A DNA stretch of 64,000 nt from an uncultured Gammaproteobacteria bacterium (lineage in GTDB: Bacteria > Pseudomonadota > Gammaproteobacteria > Pseudomonadales > Porticoccaceae), in NCBI GenBank assembly GCA_947084925.1, contig CAMTUJ010000016.1, positions 3,226 through 67,225 of the forward strand, given 5' to 3'. The notes under the pieces are model-generated. The model was given only the letters and a program-made list of their open reading frames with translations. It was not told where the DNA came from and searched no databases. Both the position numbers and the translations under genes were made by a program. The number at the start of each line of letters is the position of its first letter. The stretch's first letter is position 1. Below, in pieces: positions 38,205 through 48,006 of the stretch.

Positions 38205-38738
38205 TCAGACCAGCGCCGCGTCCCGTTCCGACCGGACGGCGAGCCAGCGCTCCATCCCGAACAGCAGCGCGCCATAAACCAGGGTCGCGAACAGGGTCTG
38301 GTGAAAAAAAGGCAGTGCGGCGAGATAGCAGGCCGCCAGTCCCGCGCCGGTGGCGGGATAGAGATCCTGGGTCAACCAGACGCCGGCGTTGCTGACCAGA
38401 AAAAACAGGCTCGCGCCCGAGATCCCCGCCGCCAGCAGCGGCAGGGGACGGCGCCGGGGTCCGAGCCAGCGTCCGGCCGCGACCACCAGCGCCATGCCCA
38501 GGTAGACAAACACCATGGTGGCGTGAAATCCGAGCCACAGATCCGCCAGCAGCATCGCCGTCAACGGCAACAGCAGCGCCAGCCGCCAGTCCCGCACCGC
38601 CGCGCCGCTGAACAGGGCCAGCGCCATCACCGGCGAAAAATTCGGTGGATGCGGCAGCAGGCGGGCCAACGCGGCAATCGCGATCGCAAACACAAAGACA
38701 CGGATGGTCGGGGACGGCATGGCATGGCTCCTGGTCAT
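38205..38738 (-). CDS. Polytopic membrane protein, DUF6580-like putative (cobalamin-related) transporter
   Basis: 177 aa and very hydrophobic, with a LLPHPPNFSPVMALALFSG motif. It lies 25 nt downstream of the riboswitch-controlled TonB-dependent receptor. Confidence 0.55.
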   Translation of the reverse strand: MTRSHAMPSPTIRVFVFAIAIAALARLLPHPPNFSPVMALALFSGAAVRDWRLALLLPLTAMLLADLWLGFHATMVFVYLGMALVVAAGRWLGPRRRPLPLLAAGISGASLFFLVSNAGVWLTQDLYPATGAGLAACYLAALPFFHQTLFATLVYGALLFGMERWLAVRSERDAALV

Positions 38739-38763
38739 GTCGTTCCTGGTCAGGGGGGCCTGA

Positions 38764-40695
38764 TCAGAAGTCGCGGGAAAGCGTCAGCATCAGATTCCGC
38801 TCGGGGGATGGATACAGCGCCCGGATGCCGAAAAAACTGGCGAACTCAGTGTACTGCTTGTCGGTGATATTGTTCAGCCGGGCCTGCAGCGTCCAGGACT
38901 GCCGGGTCCAGGTCGCCGCCAGATTGGCCAGGGTATAACCACCCTGTTCCGCGCTGTTGCCGAGATCGAGGTTGCGGGGACCGGTATACACCAGTTCTCC
39001 GAACAGGCTGAAGTTCGGGTCGAAGCGGTAGTTGGCGTTGAGTTTCAGCAACTGGCGGGCGACATCGGGCACCCGATTGTTGTCGTAGGGTCCCGCGACG
39101 AAGCGGGCATCGACATAGGTATAAATGCCGCCGAACACGAGCGCGTCGGTCGCGTGGTAGAGCGCATCCAGGGTGCCGCCACGACGCCGCGTGTCGTCGA
39201 AATTGGCGTTGGCGCCAAAGTCACCCAGCCCGGGATCGAAACCTATTTCGTGTTTCATGTCTTGCTGGAACAGCGCGGCATGGAGATCGACCGAGGACCA
39301 ATTCCACTCGCTGCCCAGCTCCCAGGCGACGCCGCGCTGTACCTTCAGCGGAGTGAAATTGCCCATGAAATCGATGTTTTCGTCGGCCAGGGCGAAGCGG
39401 AACGTCTCGTCCCGGTTCAGGTAATAACGGCCGCTGTCGCCACGCCAGTTGAGGCCGACGGTGTGTACCAGTGTGCTCTGGTCGTAGTTCAGGTCGAAGG
39501 GCGCCACTTCGGCATCCAGGCGGGCATGACGCAGCCCGCCTTGCAGATCGAGACGGTCGATCGGGGAATAGGTGAAGTGCAGATATTCGCTGCGTTTGCG
39601 CTGGCGCTGTTCCGTGCCGCTCGGGCCGAAGCCGAAATCCAGCGCGAAGTCGTAATCCACCCGCTCGACATCCATGCCCAACGTGGCGCGCAACCCGTCC
39701 GCCGTAAACACCAGGCGCGGATCGAGCGTCCTGACCTGGCGCTGCTGCCCCGTGACCGCCGCGCCAAAGCTCGACATCGAATTGATGACCACGTCGTCGT
39801 CCCGGTCGCCGTAGCTTGCGAACAGCTCCAGATATTCCCCCAGCCGCTGCTCGATCCCGATCCGGGTCGCCCGGTTATTGGCGTTGTAATCATTGAAGCT
39901 GGAACCCGCTTGACGCCGATCCTGCGCGACCTGGGCCGCCGAGAGCGCGCCCGCCAGACGAAACTCATCGTCGCTCTGGCGCGCCTCGACGAACAGCTCG
40001 CCATCCGCGTGGCGCCAGCCCGCTCGCCCGCTGTAATTTTCGTAATTGACGGCGCCGCCATCCCGGTAAGCATCGCTGCGCTCGATCTGGGTGCCGACCC
40101 GATAATAGAGGCCCGACTCGAACCGATCCTGGTAACTCCCGGCATAGTTTTCGCCATCGTAGCTGCCGCGCCCGACGCTGATCCGGCCCTGGCGGGGCCC
40201 GCCGCCGCGGGTGATGATGTTGATCACCCCGCCCACCGCCTGATCACCGTAGAGGGTGCCGGCGCCGCCTTCCAGAATTTCCACGCGCTCGATGTCCTCC
40301 ACCGCCACCGCGGTGAGGTCGGGTCCCGCCAGATCCGTGTTGTTGAGGGAACGTCCATCCACCAGCACCAGGACGTTCTGGGCAGTGGCGAAGCCGCGCA
40401 GGGCCAACCGACTGTCGCGTCCGGTGCCCATGCTGTCCTGTACCTGAACCGGGCCCAGGTTGCGCAGCAGGTCGGAAAGATTGTGGACGCCGCTGGCGCG
40501 GATTTGCTCCGCGTCGATCACCCGCACCGTGCTTGCGACATGATCGGCGCTGTAGGGCGAGCGGGTGGCGGTGACCACCAGCTCTTCGTCGACCGGGATT
40601 GCCGCACCCGCGACTGCGACCGCGAACAAGGGCGCCGCCAGCGCGCCTGAAAATGCGCCTGACAATAAGCGTTTTGAACGGAATTGAACTGACAT
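38764..40695 (-). CDS. TonB-dependent outer-membrane receptor, BtuB-like (cobalamin riboswitch controlled)
   Basis: Signal peptide MSVQFRSKRLLSGAFSGALAAPLFAVAVAGA and TonB box EELVVTATRS. The plug reads VRVIDAEQI...LLRNLGPVQV and the C-terminus ends ...LTLSRDF. The start was moved to the ATG at 40695. Confidence 0.85.
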   Translation of the reverse strand: MSVQFRSKRLLSGAFSGALAAPLFAVAVAGAAIPVDEELVVTATRSPYSADHVASTVRVIDAEQIRASGVHNLSDLLRNLGPVQVQDSMGTGRDSRLALRGFATAQNVLVLVDGRSLNNTDLAGPDLTAVAVEDIERVEILEGGAGTLYGDQAVGGVINIITRGGGPRQGRISVGRGSYDGENYAGSYQDRFESGLYYRVGTQIERSDAYRDGGAVNYENYSGRAGWRHADGELFVEARQSDDEFRLAGALSAAQVAQDRRQAGSSFNDYNANNRATRIGIEQRLGEYLELFASYGDRDDDVVINSMSSFGAAVTGQQRQVRTLDPRLVFTADGLRATLGMDVERVDYDFALDFGFGPSGTEQRQRKRSEYLHFTYSPIDRLDLQGGLRHARLDAEVAPFDLNYDQSTLVHTVGLNWRGDSGRYYLNRDETFRFALADENIDFMGNFTPLKVQRGVAWELGSEWNWSSVDLHAALFQQDMKHEIGFDPGLGDFGANANFDDTRRRGGTLDALYHATDALVFGGIYTYVDARFVAGPYDNNRVPDVARQLLKLNANYRFDPNFSLFGELVYTGPRNLDLGNSAEQGGYTLANLAATWTRQSWTLQARLNNITDKQYTEFASFFGIRALYPSPERNLMLTLSRDF

Positions 40696-40839
40696 GAACG
40701 TGCTCCGCAAGAAAAACCGCCGGACACGGCCACAGCAGCGGAGACCACAAAAGTAGCGTCCCGGCGCGGCAACCGTGCGTCTGCGCTGCACGGCGAACCA
40801 CGACGGCCCGCTGCAACGGTTACCCCGACCGTTGCACGA

Positions 40840-41015
40840 CAACGCGGCTGTGGCAGGTCTCCTGGCTTCCGGGTCAGCGCGTCCGCCCGCCTTCCCGACC
40901 GAGGTCAGTGGCATCCGGGCGGCGCTCGCCGGGTACAGTTGCGGAGACAGCTTCGATTGACGCAACCACCGGGGCTGCGGGCGAATTCCCTCGGGGCCCT
41001 CGCGGGCACCACAAC
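40840..41015 (-). promoter_or_regulatory. Cobalamin (B12) riboswitch
   Basis: The minus strand contains the B12 box GGAAGCCAGGAGACCTGCCA (40851-40870). Upstream elements are GAGGGAA...CGGTGG, CTCCGCAACTGTA and GCCACTGACCTCGGTCGGGAAGGC. A TAGAAT -10-like hexamer is at 41023-41028. Hairpins and a TTTTTCTT run lie between the aptamer and the ATG. Confidence 0.85.
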
Positions 41016-41060
41016 GGCGGGGATTCTACCAGCGCGCCGCTCGGCGCGCCGGTGGCATGG

Positions 41061-41954
41061 TCAGACTGGCGCCGGCTCGCAAAACACCACGCCCTCGCCA
41101 ATCCAGCCGTTGGCCATCATGTGCCTGTAAACGTCGACGCTGGTCACGAAGCGGTGGTTGCTGTCGTTTTGGGCGAAGCGGCCGTTGTAGAGCCGCCACA
41201 CCGGGGTGGTGCCGGGGTAACACGAGCCCTTGGTGGGCACCAGGGCGCGGAACGCGATGCCTTCATAGGTCCAGCCGCTGCCGGGCTGCTTGAGCAGTTC
41301 ACACTCATTGGCGCCGGCGGTGTAGAAGTGCGAGTTCACCAGCGAAGAATAGAACCGGCATACCGGCCTGGCCGCGGCTGGCGCCGGGTAGTCCAGGGGC
41401 CAGGCACCGAAAATGCCCGTCGAGTACCAGCCTCCACCGCCACCGCCTTGCACCAGCGAGTTCGCCTCGCTGCCGTCGGCGGCAAGGAAATAATGCAAGG
41501 TTGTGCGATTACGAAATTCGCGAATCGGTCCATTGTAAGGACCAGGGCTGACGGTGACAGTCCCCACTTCCACCGGAGGGTAGGGAAGTAAAAATTGATC
41601 CCCATCGACCGGCGCAAGAATTTGGTAGACACCCCCGGGAAGTCCCGGGACGTTTGCTACCCTCCTTCGATCAAGGGGTACACCTCCACAATCCTGTGGA
41701 AGCACCATCCTCACATAAATTGCGCGCACACTCGCGGTTACCACCCGCGTATCGATGGCGATGTCAACATCGACATCATGAAGCTCGTCACTGCGCGCGC
41801 ACTCAAACCATTCGATCGTAAACGGCTGATAAGCTTCAGGCGCTGCAGGCGTTACCGTCACAGTCTGTGCCTGACCGAACATCGGCAATCCCGACAGACC
41901 ACAGCCAAGCACCAGCCATAGCAATCGCCGCAAGCAACAGCGGATGGATTTCAT
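41061..41954 (-). CDS. Secreted hypothetical protein
   Basis: Signal peptide MKSIRCCLRRLLWLVLGCGLSGLPMFGQAQT. The C-terminal half has HFYTAGANECELL...GWTYEGIAFRA and NHRFVTSVDVYRHMMANGWIGEGVVF repeats. No function was recognised. Confidence 0.5.
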   Translation of the reverse strand: MKSIRCCLRRLLWLVLGCGLSGLPMFGQAQTVTVTPAAPEAYQPFTIEWFECARSDELHDVDVDIAIDTRVVTASVRAIYVRMVLPQDCGGVPLDRRRVANVPGLPGGVYQILAPVDGDQFLLPYPPVEVGTVTVSPGPYNGPIREFRNRTTLHYFLAADGSEANSLVQGGGGGGWYSTGIFGAWPLDYPAPAAARPVCRFYSSLVNSHFYTAGANECELLKQPGSGWTYEGIAFRALVPTKGSCYPGTTPVWRLYNGRFAQNDSNHRFVTSVDVYRHMMANGWIGEGVVFCEPAPV

Positions 41955-42175
41955 GAGCGGTCTCCTGACCGATTGAACAAACGGGGTTGGCTGAACACCG
42001 CGGGCGCGGTGGGGAACCTGAGGCAAAGACCGCTACCGACAACTGTCGCGACCGCGGGGTGGTGGCGTGAACCTGGGGGATAATTTTCGGGACACGGCAT
42101 CCTGGCAGTCCTTTTCCGCAGAGATTTGCGCAGAATAGCCGGCGGTCGTGTCAGCGGCAAGTCGCCGCACCGTTA

Positions 42176-43540
42176 CTACCCATCGAGCGCGGCCAGCGCC
42201 TCGGCGAGGTGGCGCACACCGACCACCTCCATACCCGCCGGCGCCTGCTTGGGAGCATTGCCAGCCGGGACAATCGCGCGGGTAAAGCCGTGCTTGGCGG
42301 CCTCCCGCAGCCGCTCCTGGCCGCCGGGCACTGGGCGGATCTCGCCGGCCAGGCCGATCTCGCCGAACGCCACCAGTTGCCGCGACAGCGGACGGTCGCG
42401 AAAGCTCGACACCACCGCGAACAGCACCGCCAGATCGGCGCCGGTCTCCAGCACCCGCACGCCGCCCACCACGTTGGCGAACACGTCCTGATCGCCCACC
42501 ATCAGGCCGCCGTGGCGGTGCAGCACGGCGAGCAGCATGGCCAGCCGGTTGCCATCGAGTCCGACGGTAACCCGCCGGGGATTGCCGAGCGCGCTCGCGT
42601 CCACCAGCGCCTGCACTTCGACCAGCAGCGGCCGGGTGCCCTCCCAGACCACCATCACCACGCTGCCGGCGGCGGTCTCCTCACCGCGCTGCAGGAAGAT
42701 CGCCGAGGGGTTGGCGACCTCGCGCAGGCCGCGGTCGGTCATCGCGAAGACGCCGAGCTCGTTGACCGCGCCGAAGCGGTTCTTGTGACTGCGCAGGGTG
42801 CGAAAACGGCTGTCGTCGGAAGCTTCCAGCATCAGCGAGCAGTCGATCATGTGTTCCAGCACCTTGGGACCGGCGAGCGCGCCCTCCTTGGTGACGTGGC
42901 CCACCAGGAACAGCGCCATGCCGGTCTGCTTGGCCAGCCGCACCAGTTGCGCCGCACTTTCGCGCACCTGCGACACGGTGCCGGGCGCGGCGCTGAGTTC
43001 GGCGCAGTGCAGCACCTGCACCGAGTCCACCACCATCACCCGGGGCGCGCGGCGCAGCGCGGTGGCGCAGATGGTCTCGGTGGCGGTCTCCGCCATGATC
43101 TCGACCCGATCCAGGGGCAGCCCCAGGCGCCGCGCGCGCAGCGCCACCTGCTGGGGCGATTCCTCGCCGGTGACATAGAGCGCCGGCACCCGTGCGCCCA
43201 GTTCGCACAGAGCCTGGAGCAACAAGGTGCTCTTGCCGGCGCCGGGCTCGCCGCCCATGAGGACGCAGGAGCCCGCCACCAGACCGCCGCCCAGCACCAG
43301 ATCCAGCTCCGCAAAGCCGGTGGCCAGGCGCGGTTCCGCCGCCACCTCGACATCCGCGAGGCGCACGACCGCACCGTCCGCCGCGCCCGCGAAGCCCCGC
43401 GTCGCGCCGCCGGTCACCGCCGCGAGGCGGATTTCGGCAAGCGTATTCCAGGCGCCGCAATCGCCGCACTGGCCCTGCCATTTGCCGAATTCGGCGCCGC
43501 AGTCGCCGCAGACGTAGGCGCTCGCCGGTCTCTTCGCCAC
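42176..43540 (-). CDS. radA: DNA repair protein RadA (Sms)
   Basis: (V)AKRPASAYVCGDCGAEFGKWQGQCGDCGAWNTL is the zinc finger, GGEPGAGKSTLLLQ is Walker A, and KNRFG and a Lon-like C-terminus are present. GTG at 43540 was chosen; the alternative ATG is at 43567. The 877-aa track ORF is over-extended. Confidence 0.9.
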   Translation of the reverse strand: MAKRPASAYVCGDCGAEFGKWQGQCGDCGAWNTLAEIRLAAVTGGATRGFAGAADGAVVRLADVEVAAEPRLATGFAELDLVLGGGLVAGSCVLMGGEPGAGKSTLLLQALCELGARVPALYVTGEESPQQVALRARRLGLPLDRVEIMAETATETICATALRRAPRVMVVDSVQVLHCAELSAAPGTVSQVRESAAQLVRLAKQTGMALFLVGHVTKEGALAGPKVLEHMIDCSLMLEASDDSRFRTLRSHKNRFGAVNELGVFAMTDRGLREVANPSAIFLQRGEETAAGSVVMVVWEGTRPLLVEVQALVDASALGNPRRVTVGLDGNRLAMLLAVLHRHGGLMVGDQDVFANVVGGVRVLETGADLAVLFAVVSSFRDRPLSRQLVAFGEIGLAGEIRPVPGGQERLREAAKHGFTRAIVPAGNAPKQAPAGMEVVGVRHLAEALAALDG

Positions 43541-43663
43541 GCTGGCCTCTCCCGTGAATGGCGGCATCCTAGCAGGTTGCCGATGTCCACAAATTCTCCG
43601 GCAGCGGGAACCGCCGACGGCGGGGGGCGCGGTCCGCAACGGCGATCTGCTAAAGTGGCCGCC

Positions 43664-44743
43664 ATGTCCCTGATCCCCGAAAAGCCGCTTCTTTTCTTCC
43701 CCCATGTGGCGGTGACCCTGGGGCTGCACGAAGCCATCCTGCTGCAAACCCTGAAGGAAATCGCCTGCCACCAACCCGCCGAGGAGCGCAACGGCTTCCG
43801 CTGGGTGGAGATTGCGGGGGCCAGTCTGCTGGCATTGCTGCCGTTCTGGAGCGAGGCGGAATTGCAGAACCTCACCGCCAAACTGCGCGAACAGGGGATC
43901 CTGCTGATCGGCGGCGCACCCCTGTCCGCGACCGGCCGCTGGCGCTTCGCCTTCAACGAGCAGCGCGCCGGCGCCGCCCGTAGCGCCGACCGCGCCACCA
44001 ACGTGCAGCCGATTCGCGGCGACTGGCAACCGGAGCGCGACCTGCTGGCGCAGCTCGCCCAGTACGGTATCCCCGGCGCGTTCGCCCTCGCCCAGGTGCC
44101 CGAATTCGTCACCTACTGGAGCGAACGCGGCGAGCCGCGCCACAGTTGGGGCGCGAAATTCATCAAGCAGGTCTTGCGCTGCTGGCGCGAACAGGAAACC
44201 GTGCAGACGCGCCGCGATCAGGAAGTGCCGATGACCGCGGACTGGCAGCCCGGCGTCGATGCCATGGAAATCCTGGTCCGCGCCGACATCAACCGCAATT
44301 TCATCGAGGATGCCGTGCCCGAGTTCGTCCTCTACTGGCGCGACCGCGGCACCCTGTCGAGCACCTGGAACTCCCAGTTCGTTCAGCATGTGCGCCGCCA
44401 GTGGGCGCGCTACACCACCACGCTGGCCAACGACACCACACCCCGAGCCATGGTCCCCGACTGGCTGCCCGACCCCGCGGTCTACGACGTGCTCGCCATG
44501 GCGGGCATCGGGCAGGACTTCGGCGCCAGCCTGGTTCCGGAATTCATCCTCTACTGGCAGGAAAGCGGCGCCGTCCTCAACACCTGGAACACCAAGTTTC
44601 TGCAGTACGTCAAACGGCAATGGGCCCAGCGCAACACTACGACGGAAGTGCGACATGCAACACGGCAAGCACCTGGCAGAACAGGCAGCACGCGATCTCG
44701 CGACCTCGTCGAAGAACTCAGCGACCGCAGTTGGGCCGGCTGA
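43664..44743 (+). CDS. Protein with three DnaT-like (primosomal protein I C-terminal-like) repeats
   Basis: Three repeats of about 75-80 aa occur: W.P......L...GI...F....VPEFV.YW..RG.....W..KF...V...W (DWQPERDLL.., DWQPGVDAM.., DWLPDPAVY..). Only the last third of the 844-aa track ORF is taken as real. Confidence 0.55.
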   Translation: MSLIPEKPLLFFPHVAVTLGLHEAILLQTLKEIACHQPAEERNGFRWVEIAGASLLALLPFWSEAELQNLTAKLREQGILLIGGAPLSATGRWRFAFNEQRAGAARSADRATNVQPIRGDWQPERDLLAQLAQYGIPGAFALAQVPEFVTYWSERGEPRHSWGAKFIKQVLRCWREQETVQTRRDQEVPMTADWQPGVDAMEILVRADINRNFIEDAVPEFVLYWRDRGTLSSTWNSQFVQHVRRQWARYTTTLANDTTPRAMVPDWLPDPAVYDVLAMAGIGQDFGASLVPEFILYWQESGAVLNTWNTKFLQYVKRQWAQRNTTTEVRHATRQAPGRTGSTRSRDLVEELSDRSWAG

Positions 44744-45314
44744 AAGGCCGCTCCCCGATCCGGCGCTGATCGACGCCATCAACCAGGCCTTCGCGCTGTT
44801 CCGCGTCAACTACCACAACCAGTTTTACAGCGCCTTTGCCGACACCACGCTGCTCGACCAGGCCAAGCGCCTGTGGCTCGACAGCCTGCGCCATGTCGGT
44901 CCCGGGCCGGTGCTCGCCGCCGCCCGCGCACTGATCGAGCAAGAGGACTATCTGCCCACCCTGCGCAAGATGCTCGCCGCCTGCGAGGACCAGTTGGCGG
45001 CGCAGGGCCTGCCGCGTCCCCGCGAAGCCTACCGCGAAGCCTGCAACGCGCCCCGCCCCAAGGACGCCCAGCGCTGGTCGCACCCGGCGGTCTACCACGC
45101 CGGTCGCGCCCTGGGCTGGTACGACTTGGCGACACGGCCCGAAAGCGTGACCTGGCCGGAATTCCAGCGCGCCTACCGCGACTGCTGCCGCCGTGCGCTG
45201 GCCGGCGAGGACCTGAGCATTCCGGCACCGCCCGAACCGATGCCAACGCCGCCGCTCAGCCGGGAAGAAGGCTCCAAACGGCTGCACGAACTGCGCCGCC
45301 AACTGGAGTCCTGA
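44655..45314 (+). CDS. Phage lambda P-like replication (helicase-loader-like) protein
   Basis: The pattern aligns by eye with lambda P: INQAFALF../INGVFSQL.., YLPTLRKMLAAC/FLPSPGQFVAWC, GLPRPREAYREAC/GLPNVSELVDMVYEYC, GEDLSIPAPPE/GEAIPEPVKQ. The chosen ATG at 44655 overlaps the previous CDS by 89 nt, so the true start is uncertain. Confidence 0.5.
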   Translation: MQHGKHLAEQAARDLATSSKNSATAVGPAERPLPDPALIDAINQAFALFRVNYHNQFYSAFADTTLLDQAKRLWLDSLRHVGPGPVLAAARALIEQEDYLPTLRKMLAACEDQLAAQGLPRPREAYREACNAPRPKDAQRWSHPAVYHAGRALGWYDLATRPESVTWPEFQRAYRDCCRRALAGEDLSIPAPPEPMPTPPLSREEGSKRLHELRRQLES

Positions 45315-45318
45315 GCGC

Positions 45319-47097
45319 GTGCGAACGACCGCCGTGCGAACCGCCGCGACCGCGGGCCCGCTGCGCAACAGCGCCGCGCGGCGCATGGCGAAAACCATCT
45401 ACAACGGCTTTCACAGCTATTTCGCCGATTTCCAGAACATCACCATGGGCGCCAAGGCGCGCTTCGAAAAAGCCGACTGGCACGCCGTGCAAAGCGCGAA
45501 TCAGGATCGCATCGAGCTGTATAAAAGCAAGGTGCGGATGGCGGCGGAGCTGCTCGGCACGGTAACCAATCGGGACGTCACCGAACTCGACCTCTGGCGC
45601 CAGACCAAGGACGTCTACACCCGCCTGGTGGCCGGCGCGCCGAACTTTGAAATCGCCGAAACTTTTTTCAACTCGGTGTTCGGACTCATCAACGATCACG
45701 ACAAGATCGACGACGCCCTGATCTATGTGTTTTCGTCCCAGCACAAGCAGTTGCCCGGCAGCGAATACAGCATTTATGTGCGCTACGAAAACCAGTCCGC
45801 GCCGGGCGCGCTGTTCCGGCAGATCCTGCTCGATGCCGAATTTTCGGTGCCCTGGGAGGATATCGACCGGGATGCGGACACCATCGCCGCCGCGTTCATG
45901 GAGGAAGCCGAGCCCGAGATCAGCAGCAAGTTTCACCAACTGAAATTCGACCTGCTGGAATCCGTGTTTTACCGCGGCAAGGCGGCCTATCTGATCGGTC
46001 GCATCGTCGATGGCTATCGCTCGCTGCCGCTGGTGCTGGCCGTGCTCAACAACGAGGCGGGCGGTCTGCTGATCGACGCGGCGATTTTCAATCGCGCCGA
46101 AATGAGCGTGATCTTCAGCTTCGCCCGCGCGCATTTCATGGTGGATGCGCCGCTGCCCTATCAGTACCTGCATTTTCTCAAACAACTGTTGCCCCACAAG
46201 GGCGACTATGAGGTCTACACCAGCCTGGGCTTTACCAAGCACGCCAAGACCGAGTTCTATCGGGAATTTGTCCAGCACCTCAAGACATCCCAGGACCAGT
46301 TCGTCGCCGCACCCGGCATCAAGGGCATGGTGATGACGGTATTCACCCTGCCTTCGTACGACATCGTGTTCAAGATGATCAAGGACCGCTTCGACTACCC
46401 CAAGGAAGTCACTCGGGAAGTCGTGCGCGAAAAATACCGGCTGGTGTCCCGCCACGACCGCATCGGCCGCATGGCCGACACCCAGGAATTCCACAACCTG
46501 AGCTTTCCGCTGCACCGCTTTTCCGCCGCGCTGTTGGAGGAGTTACGCGCCACGGCACCGTCGCTGCTGCACATCACCGGCGACCGACTCATCATCCACC
46601 ACCTCTACACCGAGCGGCGCATGACCCCGCTTAATCTCTATCTACGAACTGCGGATGAAACGGAAACCCGCAACGTCATCGACGAATACGGCAACGCCAT
46701 CAAACAGCTCGCGGCGGCGAACATCTTTCCCGGCGACATGCTGCTGAAAAATTTCGGCGTCACCCGCCACGGTCGCGTGGTGTTCTACGATTACGATGAA
46801 ATCTGCTATCTCACCGACTGCAACTTCCGTCACCTGCCCGAACCCCGGAACGAGGAGCAGGCCTTGTCGGCCAGGCCCTGGTACACGGTGGGACCAAACG
46901 ATGTTTTCCCGGAGGAATTCCGGCTGTTTTTTTCCGGCAATCCGCTGGCGCGGCGCTTTTTCGAGGAACTGCACAGCGACATTTACACGCCGGAATTCTG
47001 GCAGGGAATCCAGGCCGAGATTCGCGCCGGCAAGATCGTCGATGTGTTTCCCTATCGCCGCAAACGACGTTTTTCCGAGCGGGCGCGGGCAGCCTGA
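45319..47097 (+). CDS. aceK: Isocitrate dehydrogenase kinase/phosphatase
   Basis: IYNGFHSYFADFQNITMGAKARFEKADWHAVQSANQDRIELY...FPGDMLLKNFGVTRHGRVVFYDYDEI... The start is GTG at 45319 or ATG at 45385. Confidence 0.9.
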   Translation: MRTTAVRTAATAGPLRNSAARRMAKTIYNGFHSYFADFQNITMGAKARFEKADWHAVQSANQDRIELYKSKVRMAAELLGTVTNRDVTELDLWRQTKDVYTRLVAGAPNFEIAETFFNSVFGLINDHDKIDDALIYVFSSQHKQLPGSEYSIYVRYENQSAPGALFRQILLDAEFSVPWEDIDRDADTIAAAFMEEAEPEISSKFHQLKFDLLESVFYRGKAAYLIGRIVDGYRSLPLVLAVLNNEAGGLLIDAAIFNRAEMSVIFSFARAHFMVDAPLPYQYLHFLKQLLPHKGDYEVYTSLGFTKHAKTEFYREFVQHLKTSQDQFVAAPGIKGMVMTVFTLPSYDIVFKMIKDRFDYPKEVTREVVREKYRLVSRHDRIGRMADTQEFHNLSFPLHRFSAALLEELRATAPSLLHITGDRLIIHHLYTERRMTPLNLYLRTADETETRNVIDEYGNAIKQLAAANIFPGDMLLKNFGVTRHGRVVFYDYDEICYLTDCNFRHLPEPRNEEQALSARPWYTVGPNDVFPEEFRLFFSGNPLARRFFEELHSDIYTPEFWQGIQAEIRAGKIVDVFPYRRKRRFSERARAA

Positions 47098-47232
47098 AAT
47101 CGCCTGCGGGCGAAACGGGAGCTCAAAGACGTGATGCCGCCTGGCGCGTCGTCACGCACCAGTGTCGGGGCTACGCTCTTGCGTCCACCGGGCAACATCA
47201 GTCCTTTCGGGTACCATCGGGGTTGGGGCGCT

Positions 47233-48006
47233 TCAAGGAAGCTCGGCGTCACCCGTCCAGTCCCCAGGCGCGTCACTTTCGCCCTGCCTCCAGGGAAACT
47301 TCCGTATCCGAATATCCTCGCGCTTGTCCTGCGGCCATACGGATACCTCCACCTCCCGGGGTGAAAATCCAGGCGGGATGGCGAGCGTCCCTTCAAAAAA
47401 CTTGAAGTAGCGGAACGACAACGGCACCACCGTCTTGGCCACTCCTTCATCGAGGGCGGCCAGCGTGTAAGTGACAGCTTTTCCAGCCTCGTCACCGAAC
47501 AACACGACTTTCAGGCTCACTTTCATCGGCTCGCGCAGATTGACGTTCTGACGCACCACCAGGCGGTAATCGTATTGTCCGGGACTGTCCGCGGGTGTCG
47601 CGCGCCAGTGCTCGATATGCAGTCCCTTGACGCTGCTGTCCTGGAGCAGGAGCAGGCGGTAAAGATTGAGTTCTTCCTTGCTCGCGGCCAACCGCTGTTC
47701 CAGATCCGCCATCATGTGCCGCACCTGCTCCATGCTCTTCCAGTCGACCTGGGCCGCCAGCATCCGGTTGGCCAGCTGTTGATCCAGATAGGCGCTGCGC
47801 TCCCGCTCACTCGCCAGGCGCGCCGCCAACTCCCTGATCATCGCCCCTTGCTCGCCGGCACCCCCGCTACTCCACCGGGAACCGGCGGCAAACCCCGCCA
47901 GGACGCCAGCGGCCAGCATCAGCGCCACGACGAACCCCGGCCGTCGCCGCCAGCTACTTCGCGCGGCAAGAAAAAGCTGCCTGATCCCCTGGACAAAATC
48001 CTTCAA
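47233..48006 (-). CDS. Membrane-anchored coiled-coil protein of unknown function (DUF6776-like)
   Basis: An N-terminal TM helix ([18 protein letters not shown]) is followed by a coiled coil ([23 protein letters not shown]...[19 protein letters not shown]) and a beta-rich C-terminus. The TTG start overlaps the argC stop. Confidence 0.5.
   Translation of the reverse strand: MKDFVQGIRQLFLAARSSWRRRPGFVVALMLAAGVLAGFAAGSRWSSGGAGEQGAMIRELAARLASERERSAYLDQQLANRMLAAQVDWKSMEQVRHMMADLEQRLAASKEELNLYRLLLLQDSSVKGLHIEHWRATPADSPGQYDYRLVVRQNVNLREPMKVSLKVVLFGDEAGKAVTYTLAALDEGVAKTVVPLSFRYFKFFEGTLAIPPGFSPREVEVSVWPQDKREDIRIRKFPWRQGESDAPGDWTGDAELP

Noticed and set aside
42209-43663. First 485 codons of the 844-aa plus-strand ORF, and the first 423 codons of the 877-aa minus-strand ORF (43541-44809).
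   Set aside because: Each is antisense to a well-supported gene (radA and the DnaT-like gene respectively). Both have an Arg/Ala/Gly/Pro-rich composition typical of shadow ORFs in high-GC DNA.
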